DNA of 64,000 bases, from assembly GCA_964016885.1 (NCBI GenBank), contig OZ024750.1, positions 30,194,001-30,258,000 on the forward strand, read 5' to 3'. This DNA is from Eledone cirrhosa. Taxonomy: Eukaryota. Position 1 is the first letter of the stretch; each line of letters begins with the position of its first letter. Positions 51,511 to 64,000 of the stretch are shown here, one piece after another. Position numbers and translations under genes: made by a program. The notes under the pieces are model-generated. The model saw only the letters and a list, made by a program, of their open reading frames with translations, was not told the DNA's origin and searched no databases.

Positions 51511-51745
51511 AAGAGTGGAATAGAGACTTTGGTGTTTAGGCCTGGATGGCACCCAGCTTAATACATGTGTATCATTTCTACTGTCTTGTCTGTTGTATAA
51601 GATACTTCTTTGATTTATCTCTCCAATATACCAGTCTTCAAAATAGAATTACCTATTCCATTTGGACATATTTAAACAAACATTCAACCATCTCATCTCT
51701 TATCAATCTCTCTACAAACCATTCCTTCTCATCAATCAGTCTGAT

Positions 51746-51780
<35 letters not shown>

Positions 51781-51995
51781 TAACCAGACTGACATTCTGT
51801 CATATATCTACATATACATGCACACACACACACACACATATGTATATACATATACACACACACAACACATATATATAAATATATATATATATACACACAT
51901 ATACAAATGCATATATACACGTGTATACACATATATATATATCATCATCATCCTCGTTTAACGTCCACTTTCCACGCTAGCATGGGTTAGACGGC

Positions 51996-52027
<32 letters not shown>

Positions 52028-52099
52028 CACATAAACATACATAAATATATATCACTATCAGCATCACTGTTTTATGCCTATTCTTCCACGCTAGCATGG

Positions 52100-52138
<39 letters not shown>

Positions 52139-52871
52139 CACACATACACTCACACACATATACATACATAGACACATACACACATAAATACATACATATG
52201 TAGAATTTCTTGAAAGAAATGTTTTCACTGAACTTTACACACACAGAGAACAAAGCAACCCAGTTTGTAATGGAGTTGCCTCTAGCAATATTTTCAGTAT
52301 TATGTAGTTAAAATGTATTGAATATGAGCTTTCTCTTCATCCCCTCTCCCTCCTTCTACCTTACATCTGCAGCAGAGAGGAGCTGTCTTACAATGTGTGT
52401 TCATCTTGTTAAATATCTCAGATATTTTTAGAAACATCCATTGCCTCATCTTATAATAATTCATTTATATAATTATTAGTATTATTATTATTATTATTAT
52501 TAATGGTAATAGTGATAATAATAAGAAGAAGAAATCATTATGATTATTACGGGGTCGATAAAATAAAGTACCAGTAATGCACTGGGTATTTGCTAGCCTT
52601 GTGCCTAAAGTAGAAACAATTATGATTATTATTATTACTGTTGTGGAATTTTTCATTGTTTCAATTTTCATTTTTATTGTTTATATATATATATATATAT
52701 GTTTCTATGTCTTTTTTTTCTTTTCTTATATAAATAATAAAAATCTTTACACGCACAAAACCCACATCGTACCATCCTGTGCCGGCTGTAATGTTTTTCT
52801 TGATGTCAGCCCTTGTGGCCAATAAAGAAATCAAATAAAGAAATCATTATTATTACTGTTGTTGTTGTTAT

Positions 52872-53478
52872 TATTATTATTAGTGGGTTTATGTCAAACA
52901 CCTGCTGTAGAATGGATCTGACTATCAGCTGAGTCCATCGTGAGGATTGCTCCGCCCTCTTCCTTTAGCCGGGAAGGGCAGGCAGTTTTTATCTGTCTGG
53001 TGGCCATGGCGAAAGAGATAGTATGGTGGACACGTTTGAAAGGGCTGAAGACGATCACTTACCTCTTCGGTGATGCCCTGATTAACTTTTTCCAATTTCA
53101 TTTGAAAAGGAAAATCATAGTAGAGAGGGAGGTGCTCTCTTCCCAGCTTTTTGTTGAAAGATGGGTGAGAGAGGCAAGAATGGCCCGAGTGAATGGGCCT
53201 ACTCTGAGTATGTGTCTGTAAATTGAAGGTGGAAAACTGGGAGAGGACAATTGCCCTGGTGGTCAGGGTCACCGTGGCTTTTTTTAATGGGCTTTCTCCA
53301 CGATGGCCCTCGGAAGTCTCCCCCCCCTATTGGGGAATTTTTCATTGTTCTTTTATTACATCCTCTGTTTTTTTTTGTTTTTTTACACACAGAAATGCCC
53401 ATTTGTACCATCCTGTATTGTCCTGTACTGTCCTTAATGTCTACTTTGTGTAAACCCTTGTGGTTAATAAAGAAAGCA
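52872..53478 (+). pseudogene. Tx1/L1-like LINE 3' fragment (ORF2 C-terminus + 3' UTR)
   Basis: VFICLVAMAKEIVWWTRLKGL..FHLKRKI..FVERW; ends CCCTTGTGGTTAATAAAGAAA; both flanks are (TTA)n. Confidence 0.75.
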
Positions 53479-53489
53479 TTATTATTATT

Positions 53490-53690
53490 GTGAATTGGCA
53501 GTATTGGTAGAGGGTCGGACGCCATGCTTTGACGCATAGAGTTACGGCCCTTGCCATTCTGAGTTCAAATCCCGCCGAGGTTAACTTTGCCTTTCATCCT
53601 TACGGGGTCGATAAAATAAAGTACCAGTAATACACTGGGAAATTGCTGGCCTTGTGCCAAAAGTAGAAACAATTATTATTATTATTATTT
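53490..53690 (+). mobile_element. SINE S1, full length
   Basis: Consensus match. Confidence 0.87.
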
Positions 53691-53914
53691 TATTTAAGAC
53701 CACCATTATCATTATTACCATTATTATTATTATTTCTTTTTTATTTCATTTCATTCCTTTTCCTTTTCTTTTTCTTTCTTTTTCATTGCTATTTCTAAGT
53801 TTCCCCGTTGTGATATTGAAAGGGTTAAACCAGAATTTTCTGCATTCATTGACATAATTGTCTTTGAAATATATTGGAATTTTAGCAGTTTGTTTATCAC
53901 TGTTTCTATATTTA

Positions 53915-55565
53915 AAATGGTGATACCAAAATTGATATATATATATATATAATGGTGATATCAAAGTTACTATATTGAAAGGTGATATTAATTGCTATCT
54001 ATCATGTTGGCATCAAAGTTACTATATCTAAAGTTGATATCCAAATTATTATATTTAATTTAATATCAAACGTGGTATATATAATGGTGATATCAAACTT
54101 AGTATATATAATGGCAATATAAATGGTGTTATATTTAATGTTGATATCAAACTTACTCTATTAAAATGGCAATACCAATGGTGCTATATTCATTGCTGAA
54201 ATCAAACATAGTATATTTAATGTTAATATCAAAATTGCTAAATCTAAAGTTGAAATCAAAATTTTTATATTTAAGTCAATATCAAACTTTCTATATTAAA
54301 ATGGCATTGTAACACTTGCGGTATCAATAGTACGATACTCAAGTTGATATCAGAAGTAGTATATATAATGGTGATATCAAACTTAGTATATATAAATGGT
54401 TATGTAAATGGTGCTTTATTGAAAGGTGATTTTAATTGCTATATGGAATCATAATATCAAAATTGCTATATATATAATGATGGTATCAAAATTACAATAT
54501 CTAAAATTGATATCAAACGTAGTATATATTATAATAGTGATATATCTAAAAGAATTATTATAAGTTGATATTAAAGTTACTATATTAAAATGGTGATACC
54601 AACGGTGTTGTTTGATGGTTGTACTTATGGTGATATTAATGGTGCTATATATAATGGTGATACCAACAGTGTTATATTTAATGGTGATACCTATGGTGAT
54701 ATATATAATGGTGATATTAATGGTGTTATATATATTGGTGATACCTATGGTGACATTAATGGTGCTATATATAATGATGATATCAAAGTTACTATATTTA
54801 ATGGCAATATTATATTTAATAGTGATATCAAGTTTGCTCTATTAAAATGGTATCAATGGTGATATATATATAATGTTGATATCAAAGCTACTATATTAAA
54901 ATTGCAGTACTAATGGTGCCATAATTAATGTTGATATCAAATGTAGTATATAAAAATATTGATATCAAACATAGTATATATAATGTTGATATCAAATGTA
55001 GTATATATAATATTCATATCAAACATAGTATATATAATGTTGATATCAAACATAGTATATATAATGGTAATATCAAATGTAGTATATATAATGGTGATAT
55101 CAAATGTAGTATATATAATGTTGGTATCAAACATAGTATATATAATGGTGATATCACACATAGTATATATAATGTTGATATCAAACAGTATATATAAAGT
55201 TGATATCAAACAGAATATATAATGGTGATATCAAACACTGATTATATAATGGTGATATCAAACAGTATATATAATGATGATATCAAACATAGTATATATA
55301 ATGGTGATATCAAACATAGTATATGTAATGGTGATATCAAACATAGTATAAATAATGGTGATATCAAACATAGTATATATAATGGTGATATCAAACATAG
55401 TATATATAATGGTGATATCAAACATAGTATATATAATGGTGATATCAAACATAGTATATATAATCGCAATATTAAACTTGCTCTATTAACATGGTATCGA
55501 TGGTGATATATAATGTTGATATCAAAGTTACTATATCTATTGGTGATATCCAAATTGCTATATTT
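53915..55565. repeat. Degenerate AT-rich satellite of about 30 bp (ATAATGGTGATATCAAACATAGTATAT)
   Basis: Direct reading; homogeneous about 54930-55460. Confidence 0.88.
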
Positions 55566-55931
55566 AACCTTTCCATGCCAGTATTTCTACTGAAACACTC
55601 AAGAGCAATAACAATATCATCAATAACAACAACATCAATATCAACAACTGATACAACAACAACAGTAACAACAACTAAAAACAACAACAGTAACAACAAC
55701 TAGAACAACAGTAACAACAACTAAAACAACAGTAACAACAACTAAAACAACAACAACATCAATAACAACAGTAACAAAAACAACAAAGCAATTTTCCAGT
55801 CATTAACTCCCCAATTAATATTAACTACAAATACACAATAAAACACACCCAGTACACCCAGTGGCTCTGCTTCAATAATGACTTGGTCTATGTAGACCCA
55901 TCAAACCCTTATTTATATATATATATATATA

Positions 55932-56110
55932 TTTAATATAGAAATGGCTTCTACAGGACTAGAACTGTTTCATTCAAAGGAAATCATCAGGAAACCCCAA
56001 TTCCTTTGAATGAAAGTTCTAGTCCTGTAGAAGCCATTTCTATGTTAAATATTTATACTCTGCTATGTATTGAGTACCTTACTTACTGTGGTTACCCCCG
56101 ATTGAACTCG
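55932..56110 (+). mobile_element. Fold-back pLTR module, family B
   Basis: Inverted arm 55932-55996, direct truncated arm from 56001, extension to 56110; TA/CA flanks. Confidence 0.75.
55946..55996 (-). ncRNA. Type I hammerhead ribozyme (family B)
   Basis: Minus strand GGTTTC-CTGATGA-TTTC(CTTT)GAAT-GAAA-CAG(TTCTAGTC)CTG-TA-GAAGCC. Confidence 0.85.
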
Positions 56111-57029
56111 ACACACACACACACACACACATATATATACATATCATCATCATCGTTTAACGTCTATCTTCCACGCTAGCATGGGTTTAGACCAGAATTA
56201 TCCCACTTGAGGCAAGATTGGTCGTCTCGCTCGTATAGGATTGTCATATATATATATACACATACACATATATATATATATATATATTTATTAAAATAAC
56301 AGATTAAAGTTTAAGCAAAGAATCGCTCTTTTCACCCTTAACGGGATCTTCTGAAACTAAAAAAAGTCAATCTGTGAATGCAGAAGTAAATATTTCGAAA
56401 AACGTTGCAACCGAAAGAAGACAGGAAGACGATACTTTGGTTCGTGGAGACGTTCCCTGGCAACGAATGGAAAAAAGCGAAGATAATACGTCGTTATGTG
56501 GAGCGATGAGAACAATTACACGCAAAGATAAAACTACGTTCATGGTATAAATGGAGTAGTAGACTAATATTCTATTCTGTAAATAAATTAGTAGAACGAA
56601 AATAGTACCCAGTCCAACCTGTCAGCTGGTCATTTTTGTGCCACAATAAAAAGCACCCAGTCCTCACTCTAAATGTGGTTGACATTAGGAAGGACAACCA
56701 GCTGTAGAAACCAAGCCAGAAACAGTTCTGAGACAACTTGTCTAACCCATGCTACCATGGAAAATGGATGTTAAATGGTGATGATGATGATGATGATACA
56801 AACACACATGGTGTATAATTATGATTAACTTTTATCATCCTATATTGATTTAGCAGAATATATATAACTTAATTCAAATGTTTGTAGTATCTTAATTAGT
56901 GGACAGATCATTGTTGAAATGTTCGTTAAACTAAAGTAAACACTTTAATTATATGAGAAGCAGTCATTGTGCTGTTTTGTACTTTTGAAGAATGTCTCGC
57001 TAATGTGGTTTGACGTGGTGCAGGACATT

Positions 57030-57290
57030 AAGATGATGATGGCAATGGTATTGATGATGGTGATGGTGATGGTAATGATGATGATGATGATGATGATGAT
57101 GATGGTGATGATGGTGATATTGATGATGATGATGGTAATGGTGGTGATTGTGATATTGATGATGATGGTGATGGTGATGATGATGATGATATTGATGATG
57201 GTGATGGTAATGATGATAGTGATATTGATGATGATGGTAATGATGATGGTGATGATGGTGATGATAGTGATGATGGTGATGATAATGATT
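57030..57290. repeat. (GAT)n-derived repeat
   Basis: Direct reading. Confidence 0.92.
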
Positions 57291-57419
57291 TGTATGTTTT
57301 GTTTGATAATTAACAATGGGTGGAGGATAATTTGGCAACACTTCCTCTAACAACAACAACAACAACATAGCTGGCCATTTTGTTGTCTTCCAAAAATAGA
57401 TGTGATGTTATGTAGTGGT

Positions 57420-59260
57420 GAGGGTGGTGGTGGTGGTTGGGTGGTAGTAGTAGAGATGGTGGTGGTGGGGTGGGGCTAGTTGTAGTAGAGATGGTGGTTG
57501 TGGTGGTTGTTTGGGGTGGTAGTAGTAGAGATGGTGGTTGTGGTGGTGGTGGTGGTTGGGGTAGTGGTGGTGGAGGTTGGGGTGGTAGTAGTAGAGATGG
57601 TAGTGGTGGGGTGGGGCTAGTTGTAGTAGATATGCTGGTAGTAGTAGAGATGGTGGTTTGGGGTGGTAGTAGTAGAGATGGTGGTTGTGGTGGTTTGGGG
57701 TAGTTGTAGTAGATGTTGTGGTTGTGGTGGTGGTGGTTGGGGTGGTAGTGGTAGAGATGGTGGTGGTGGTGGTTTGGGGTGGTAGTAGAGATGGTAGTGG
57801 TGGGGTGGGGCTAGTTGTAGTAGAGATTTTGTTTGTGGTGGTGGTTTGGGGTGGTAGTAGTAAAGATGGTGGTGGTTGGGGTGGTAGTAGTAGAGATGGT
57901 AGTGGTGGGGTGGGGCTAGTTGTAGTAGAGATGGTTGTGGTGGTGGTGGTGGTGGTTGGGGTGGTAGTAGTAGAGATGGTAGTGGTGGGGTGGGGCTAGT
58001 TGTAGTAGAGATGGTGGTTGTGGTGGTGGTGGTGGTTGGGGTGGTAGTAGTAGAGATGGTAGTGGTGGGGTGAGGCTAGTTGTAGTAGAGATGGTTGTGG
58101 TGGTGGTGGTGGTGGTTGGGGTGGTAGTAGTAGAGATGGTAGTGGTGGGGTGGGGCTAGTTGTAGTAGAGATGGTTGTGGTGGTGGTGGTGGTGGTTGGG
58201 GTGGTAGTAGTAGAGATGGTAGTGGTGGGGTGGGGCTAGTTGTAGTAGAGATGGTTGTGGTGGTGGTGGTGGTGGTTGGGGTGGTAGTAGTAGAGATGGT
58301 AGTGGTGGGGTGGGGCTAGTTGTAGTAGAGATGGTTGTGGTGGTGGTGGTGGTGGTTGGGGTGGTAGTAGTAGAGATGGTAGTGGTGGGGTGGGGCTAGT
58401 TGTAGTAGAGATGGTTGTGGTGGTGGTGGTGGTGGTTGGGGTGGTAGTAGTAGAGATGGTAGTGGTGGGGTGGGGCTAGTTGTAGTAGAGATGGTTGTGG
58501 TGGTGGTGGTGGTGGTTGGGGTGGTAGTAGTAGAGATGGTAGTGGTGGGGTGGGGCTAGTTGTAGTAGAGATGGTTGTGGTGGTGGTGGTGGTGGTTGGG
58601 GTGGTAGTAGTAGAGATGGTAGTGGTGGGGTGGGGCTAGTTGTAGTAGAGATGGTTGTGGTGGTGGTGGTGGTGGTTGGGGTGGTAGTAGTAGAGATGGT
58701 AGTGGTGGGGTGGGGCTAGTTGTAGTAGAGATGGTGGTTGTGGTGGTGGTGGTGGTTGGGGTGGTAGTAGTAGAGATGGTAGTGGTGGGGTGGGGCTAGT
58801 TGTAGTAGAGATGGTTGTGGTGGTGGTGGTGGTGGTTGGGGTGGTAGTAGTAGAGATGGTAGTGGTGGGGTGGGGCTAGTTGTAGTAGAGATGGTGGTTG
58901 TGGTGGTGGTGGTGGTTGGGGTGGTAGTAGTAGAGATGGTGGTTGTGGTGGTGGTTGGGGTGGTAGTAGTAGAGATGATAGTGGTGGGGTGGGGCTAGTA
59001 GTTGTAGAGATGGTGGTGTGGTGGGGGTAGGGGTAGTAGTAGTAGAGAAGGTGGTGGTGGTAGTGGTGGGGTGGGGGTAGGGGGAGTAGTAGTAGAGAAG
59101 GTGGTGGTGGTTGTAGTATTAGTAAAGATGGTTGTAGTGGTGGTGGTGATGAAAGTAGTAGTAGGTGTAATAGTAGAGGTGGTGGTGGTAGTGATGGTAG
59201 TATTAGTAGCAGTGGTTGTGTTGGTAGTATTTTTAGTAGTAGTAGTAGTAGTAGTAGTTT
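57420..59260. repeat. G-rich satellite with a 60-bp near-perfect core array (about 57900-58920)
   Basis: Lines repeat with period 60. Confidence 0.95.
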
Positions 59261-59775
59261 TTTAACTTGATTGTTCACTTTTAGACAACAACAACCTCAA
59301 CAACAAAGTAAATCTATTGTAGCTATCATCTCTGATAACATCTATCATCATAAGCAGCAGCATCATCATCACCATCAACACCATCATCATCATCACCACC
59401 ACCACCATCGACACCATCACCATCATTATCATCATCACCACCACCATCGACACCATCACCATCCTTATCATCATCAATCACCCCCCATCATCATCATTAT
59501 CACCACGACAACCACCATCACAATCATCACTATCACTATCACCACGACCACCACTACAACCAGCATCATCACCATCACCACTACCGTCATCACCACCACC
59601 ATCATCACCATCACCACCATCACCACTACCATCATCATCACCATCATCATGCATGGCTGGAATGAAAATCAGTGCTGCAAAGACACTCGTCCTCTCAAGG
59701 AAGCCTGTACTGAACAATCTCCACTCCATCTCAACGTCCTCAGTTTGCCCAGGGAATTCTCCGAATTTGGATACA

Positions 59776-59890
59776 ATAATTGTTTCTACTTTTGGCACAA
59801 GGCCAGCAAATACCCAGTGTATTACTGGTACTTTATTTTATCGACCCCGTAAGGATGAAAGGCAAAGTCAACCTTGGCGGGATTTGAACT
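59776..59890 (-). mobile_element. SINE S1, 5' truncated
   Basis: Consensus match up to the B box. Confidence 0.82.
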
Positions 59891-60770
59891 TGGATGCAAT
59901 AATATCTGATTTGAACTTCGATGCAATAATATCTGATTTGAACTTAGATGCAATAATATCTGATTTGAACTTAGATGCAATAATATCTGATTTGAACTTA
60001 GATGCAATAATATCTGCATACTTGGTCCTGACTTCCTTATCCATCAACGCTTCCCACTTTATCCTGTAGTTCGCCCTGGATCTGCCAGGTTTGTAGGCTT
60101 CTTTGGCTTTAGGTAGCCTCAAGTTGCAGGTAACTAGATGGTGATCAGTTGACAACTCAACCCCTTTCTTAACACCTACATGCAGCAGAGAATCAAAGAG
60201 ACCAGAGACAATTACAAAATCAAGTATTGATTTCTGTCCTTGATTTCCACTATACCTTGTATATTTATAAATGTGTCTGTGCTGGAAGAAGGTGTTTATA
60301 ATAAAGAGTCCATTGCTAGAACAGAAGTCCAGCAAGGCCTCTCCATTTATATTTAGATTGGGTCACCATTCCTTCCAATCACTCTTTTCCATGTCAGGTA
60401 ATCAGTGCCAATATGTGCATTGAAGTCTCCCATCAGGATATATAACTCAGTCAATCGCTGCAGTGACTTCATCAAGGAAGGACCTGTATTCAAACTCCTT
60501 GTTTGGTGAATAAACTTGCACCACCCACAGAGACTTATCTTTAAGCCTAAGCTTCAAGAGGCAAATCCTCCCTCCTAATGGGATCCAGTCCATAACACAT
60601 TCTAACAGCCGGGGGGCTTGTGAGTATCCCCACTCCTGCTTGTGCAGTCATTTCTGGCACCGCACCTGAATAGTGGAGTTTCCATCCTCCTTCCAAATCT
60701 ACAGTATCGGAGTCATGGAACTTTGTTGAGGACAACCCGACTATATCTAGCTGGTAGCATCCAGCCTACC
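59880..60770 (-). pseudogene. Decayed RTE (Expander/Rex3-like) APE endonuclease region
   Basis: DIVGLSSTK, GWKLHYSG, QAGVGIL, GDFNAH, LLDFCSSNGLFIINTFFQH, SILDF, STDHHLV; frameshifted. Confidence 0.87.
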
Positions 60771-60809
60771 CCACTAGTACTGTTGTATTAAACCTCTTCT
60801 ATAGAGGGT

Positions 60810-61545
60810 GATGTATATAGTTGTGTATAGCAGGTGGTGTATATATTCTCATCTGTAGAGAGTGTGGTGTATATAGCTGTGTATAGCAGGTGGTGTATAT
60901 ATTCTCATCTGTAGAGAGTGTGGCGTATATAGCTGTGTATAGCAGGTGGTGTATATATTCTCATTTGTAGAGAGTGTGATGGATATAGCTGTGTATAGCA
61001 GGTGGTGTATATATTCTCATCTGTAGAGAGTGTGATGTATATAGCTGTGTATAGCAGGTGGTGTATATATTCTCATCTGTAGAGAGTGTGATGTATATAG
61101 CTGTGTATAGCAGGTGGTGTATATATTCTCATCTGTAGAGAGTGTGATGTATATAGCTGTGTATAGCAGGTGGTGTATATATTCTCATCTGTAGAGAGTG
61201 TGGTGTATATAGCTCTGTATAGCAGGTGGTGTATATATTCTCATCTGTAGAGAGTGTGGTGTATATAGCTATGTATAGCAGGTGGTGTATATATTCTCAT
61301 CTGTAGAGAGTGTGATGTATATAGCTGTGTATAGCAGGTGGTGTATATATTCTCATCTGTAGAGAGTGTGATGTATATAGCTGTGTATAGCAGGTGGTGT
61401 ATATATTCTCATCTGTAGAGAGTGTGGTGTATATAGCTGTGTATAGCAGGTGGTGTATATATTCTCATCTGTAGAGAGTGTGGTGTATATAGCTGTGTAT
61501 AGCAGGTGGTGTATATATTCTCATCTGTAGAGAGTGTGGTGTATA
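60810..61545. repeat. 56-bp minisatellite, about 13 units, fading into diverged units to about 61990
   Basis: Period 56 (60841, 60897...). Confidence 0.94.
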
Positions 61546-62629
61546 TAAATGAGTATAGTGAGTGGTGTATATAGATGTGTATAGTGGATGGTGTATATAT
61601 GGATGTGTATATATTCTCATCTGTAGAGAAGGTGGTGTGTATACATTTTAATCTCATCAGTAGAAAAGGTGATATGTATATATTTGTACATTTATTCTCA
61701 TCTGTTGAGAAGGTGATGTGTATATAGCTGTGTATATTGGGCGGTGTGTATATAGCTGTACATTTATTCTCATCTGTTGAGAAGGTGATGTGTATATAGC
61801 TGTGTATATTGGGCAGTGTGTATATAACTGTACATTTATTCTCATCTGTTGAGAAGGTGATGTGTACAATTTTATATTTATTTGTGTCTGGAGAGAAGGA
61901 GATGTATATAGATGTGTCTGGTTGTCTTTTTATTTGAGAAGGTGAAGCATTTATTTGCGAATTTATTTGTGTCTGTTGAGAAGGTGATGCTAGGTGATAA
62001 AGATCTTAAATCTCTCCTGAAACAGAGCAGAAGTGATAGTGTATTGATCTTTTAATTCTACTCCAGTAAGTTACCATTAAATCTGACACATTCGATACTG
62101 TATTCCTAGATACACTGGCTGGAACATATTTAATCATAGGTCTTTTCACTCACGGTTGACTTGCAGCCAAGAATCTACATTAATGAGTATTAAATCTAAA
62201 GTTGCGTAACTTTTATAGATGCAACTACATAATACATTGTTTTATGGATGAAATAGGAAATATTAGGTTTCTTCAACAAACTTTAACAAAGCAATGTTTG
62301 TGGATCATATATATACTACACTATTACCCATCATACAAAGGGGAAATTTGTTAAAATTGCATATGTATAGATGCAAGTACATAATACATTGTTTTATGGA
62401 CGAAATAAGAAATATTAGGTTTCTTCAACAAACTTTAACAAAGCTATGTGTGTGGATATATATATGAGACCAGAGGTTTTCAAACCTTTTGGGTCATCGC
62501 CCCCCTCACAACCACGTAATATCCTCAGTACCCACACCCCTATTTCCAGAGAAACCTGCCTACACGCAAATTGTAAATAATATACAAAGAATAAAATCGT
62601 TAATTTATATAATAAGTAATATAATATAT

Positions 62630-63050
62630 ACTGAAACCCTATAAACACCTGTACACCTTTTGGTCTACTATCACTGAAGCCCCAGAAACACCTGCACACC
62701 TTTAATCTACTATCACTGAAGCCCTATAAACACCTGCACACCTTTTGGGCTACTATGGCCGACGCCCCAGAAACACCTACACATATTTTGGTCTACTATC
62801 ACTGAAGTCCTATAAACACTTGAACACCTTTTGGTCTACTATCACTGAAGCCCCAGAAACACCTGTATACCTTTTAATCTACAATCATTGAGGCTCCACA
62901 GACACCTACACACTTTTTGGTCTACTATCACTGAAGCTCCCAAAACACTTGCACATATTTTGGTCTACTTTCACTGAAGCCCTACAGACACCTGTACATA
63001 TTTTGGTCTACTGTAATTGAAGCCCCAGAAACACCTGTATACCTGTATAA
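62630..63050. repeat. Degenerate tandem repeat of about 43 bp
   Basis: Recurrent CACCTG..CACCTTTTGGTCTACTATCACTGAAGCCC. Confidence 0.85.
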
Positions 63051-63654
63051 TTTTGTAATTTCATTAATATTGTGTCGTTAACCAAATTTAATTAAAGAGT
63101 CATGCAAATATCAATTTTAAAAAAGTATATCACCTGTTAAAAGGTAGACAATTGGATGAATTGTTAGAGCGTCCAATTAAAAATACCTCAGTACTTGTTC
63201 TGGTTCATTGCACTTTGAGTTTAAAACCCACCCAGGTCAACTTAATCTTTAATTCTTTTGAGGTTGATAAATGAAGTACCAGCCTAGTATAGAGGTTGAT
63301 TCTCGCTCTATCTATCTTCTTCTAGAAAAACAATCAGTTGCATTTCAACCTGGAGAAAGATGGGCTCTGCCAGTTTTAAGTGTCCAAAACAGAGTATCAG
63401 GATGACGCCCCTAAGACTCCATGAAGAGTTAAGGGCCATCTGTTTCTCTGTCTCCAGTTTAGAAAGTTCTCAACCTACTAGAAATAGCAGGAAAATCCCC
63501 CTGAAATCACAGCCTACTGTCATTAAAAAAATGCACATTAGATATTGTAGCTCTAGATATACTATGCCATCTAGTGGTACTCTCCTCTATAGTCATAACT
63601 TATCTACAGAGTAAAGGACCTTTACAGAGTAAAAGACCTTTAAAGATCACAAAT

Positions 63655-64000
63655 GTTGGTTGTTGTTATTAGAGTGTTATTGTTACTATTATTGTTATTG
63701 TTGTTGCTGCTGTTGTTATTGTTGTTATTGTTGTTGCTGCTTTTGTTATTGTTGCTGATGTTAGTTGCTATTGTTTTAGGTAATGTTGTTGGTGTTATTA
63801 TTATTGTTATAATTGTTGTTGATGTTGCAGTTGTTGACGCTATTGTTGTTGTTGCTGCTGTAGTTGTTATTACTGTTGTTTTCATTGTTGTTATTCTAAT
63901 TGTTGTTGTTGTTGTTATCGTTATTCTAGTTGTCATTGTGGTTATACTAGTTGCTGCTGTTGTTGTTGTATTCTATTTGATGATGTTGTTGCTATTGTAG
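63655..64000. repeat. (GTT)n-derived repeat
   Basis: Direct reading. Confidence 0.92.

Overview
AT-rich, repeat-saturated eukaryotic DNA. The SINE, LINE and microsatellite content resembles a coleoid cephalopod such as Octopus (inference, not verified). No host gene could be supported. The only real long ORF is an apparently intact RTE-clade LINE (15065-18127: APE endonuclease + RT) with a C4HC3 PHD-type finger inserted inside the RT domain. Almost all other ORFs are translations of simple repeats or decayed LINE fragments (R4/Dong, CR1, Tx1/L1, RTE/Expander). There are more than 25 copies of a Nin/Deu-domain tRNA SINE, a second SINE that shares sequence with both ends of the RTE LINE, piggyBac- and hAT-type MITEs, and many minisatellites. 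The most notable non-coding signal is a set of short fold-back modules, mostly in (TA)n tracts, that carry type I hammerhead ribozyme motifs. They belong to at least four sequence families, show compensatory changes in stem I, and in three families are followed by a shared ACTC..GAGT hairpin lying just beyond the end of the inverted copy. They look like pseudo-LTR remnants of Penelope-like elements or non-autonomous derivatives. Boundaries of degenerate repeats are approximate.
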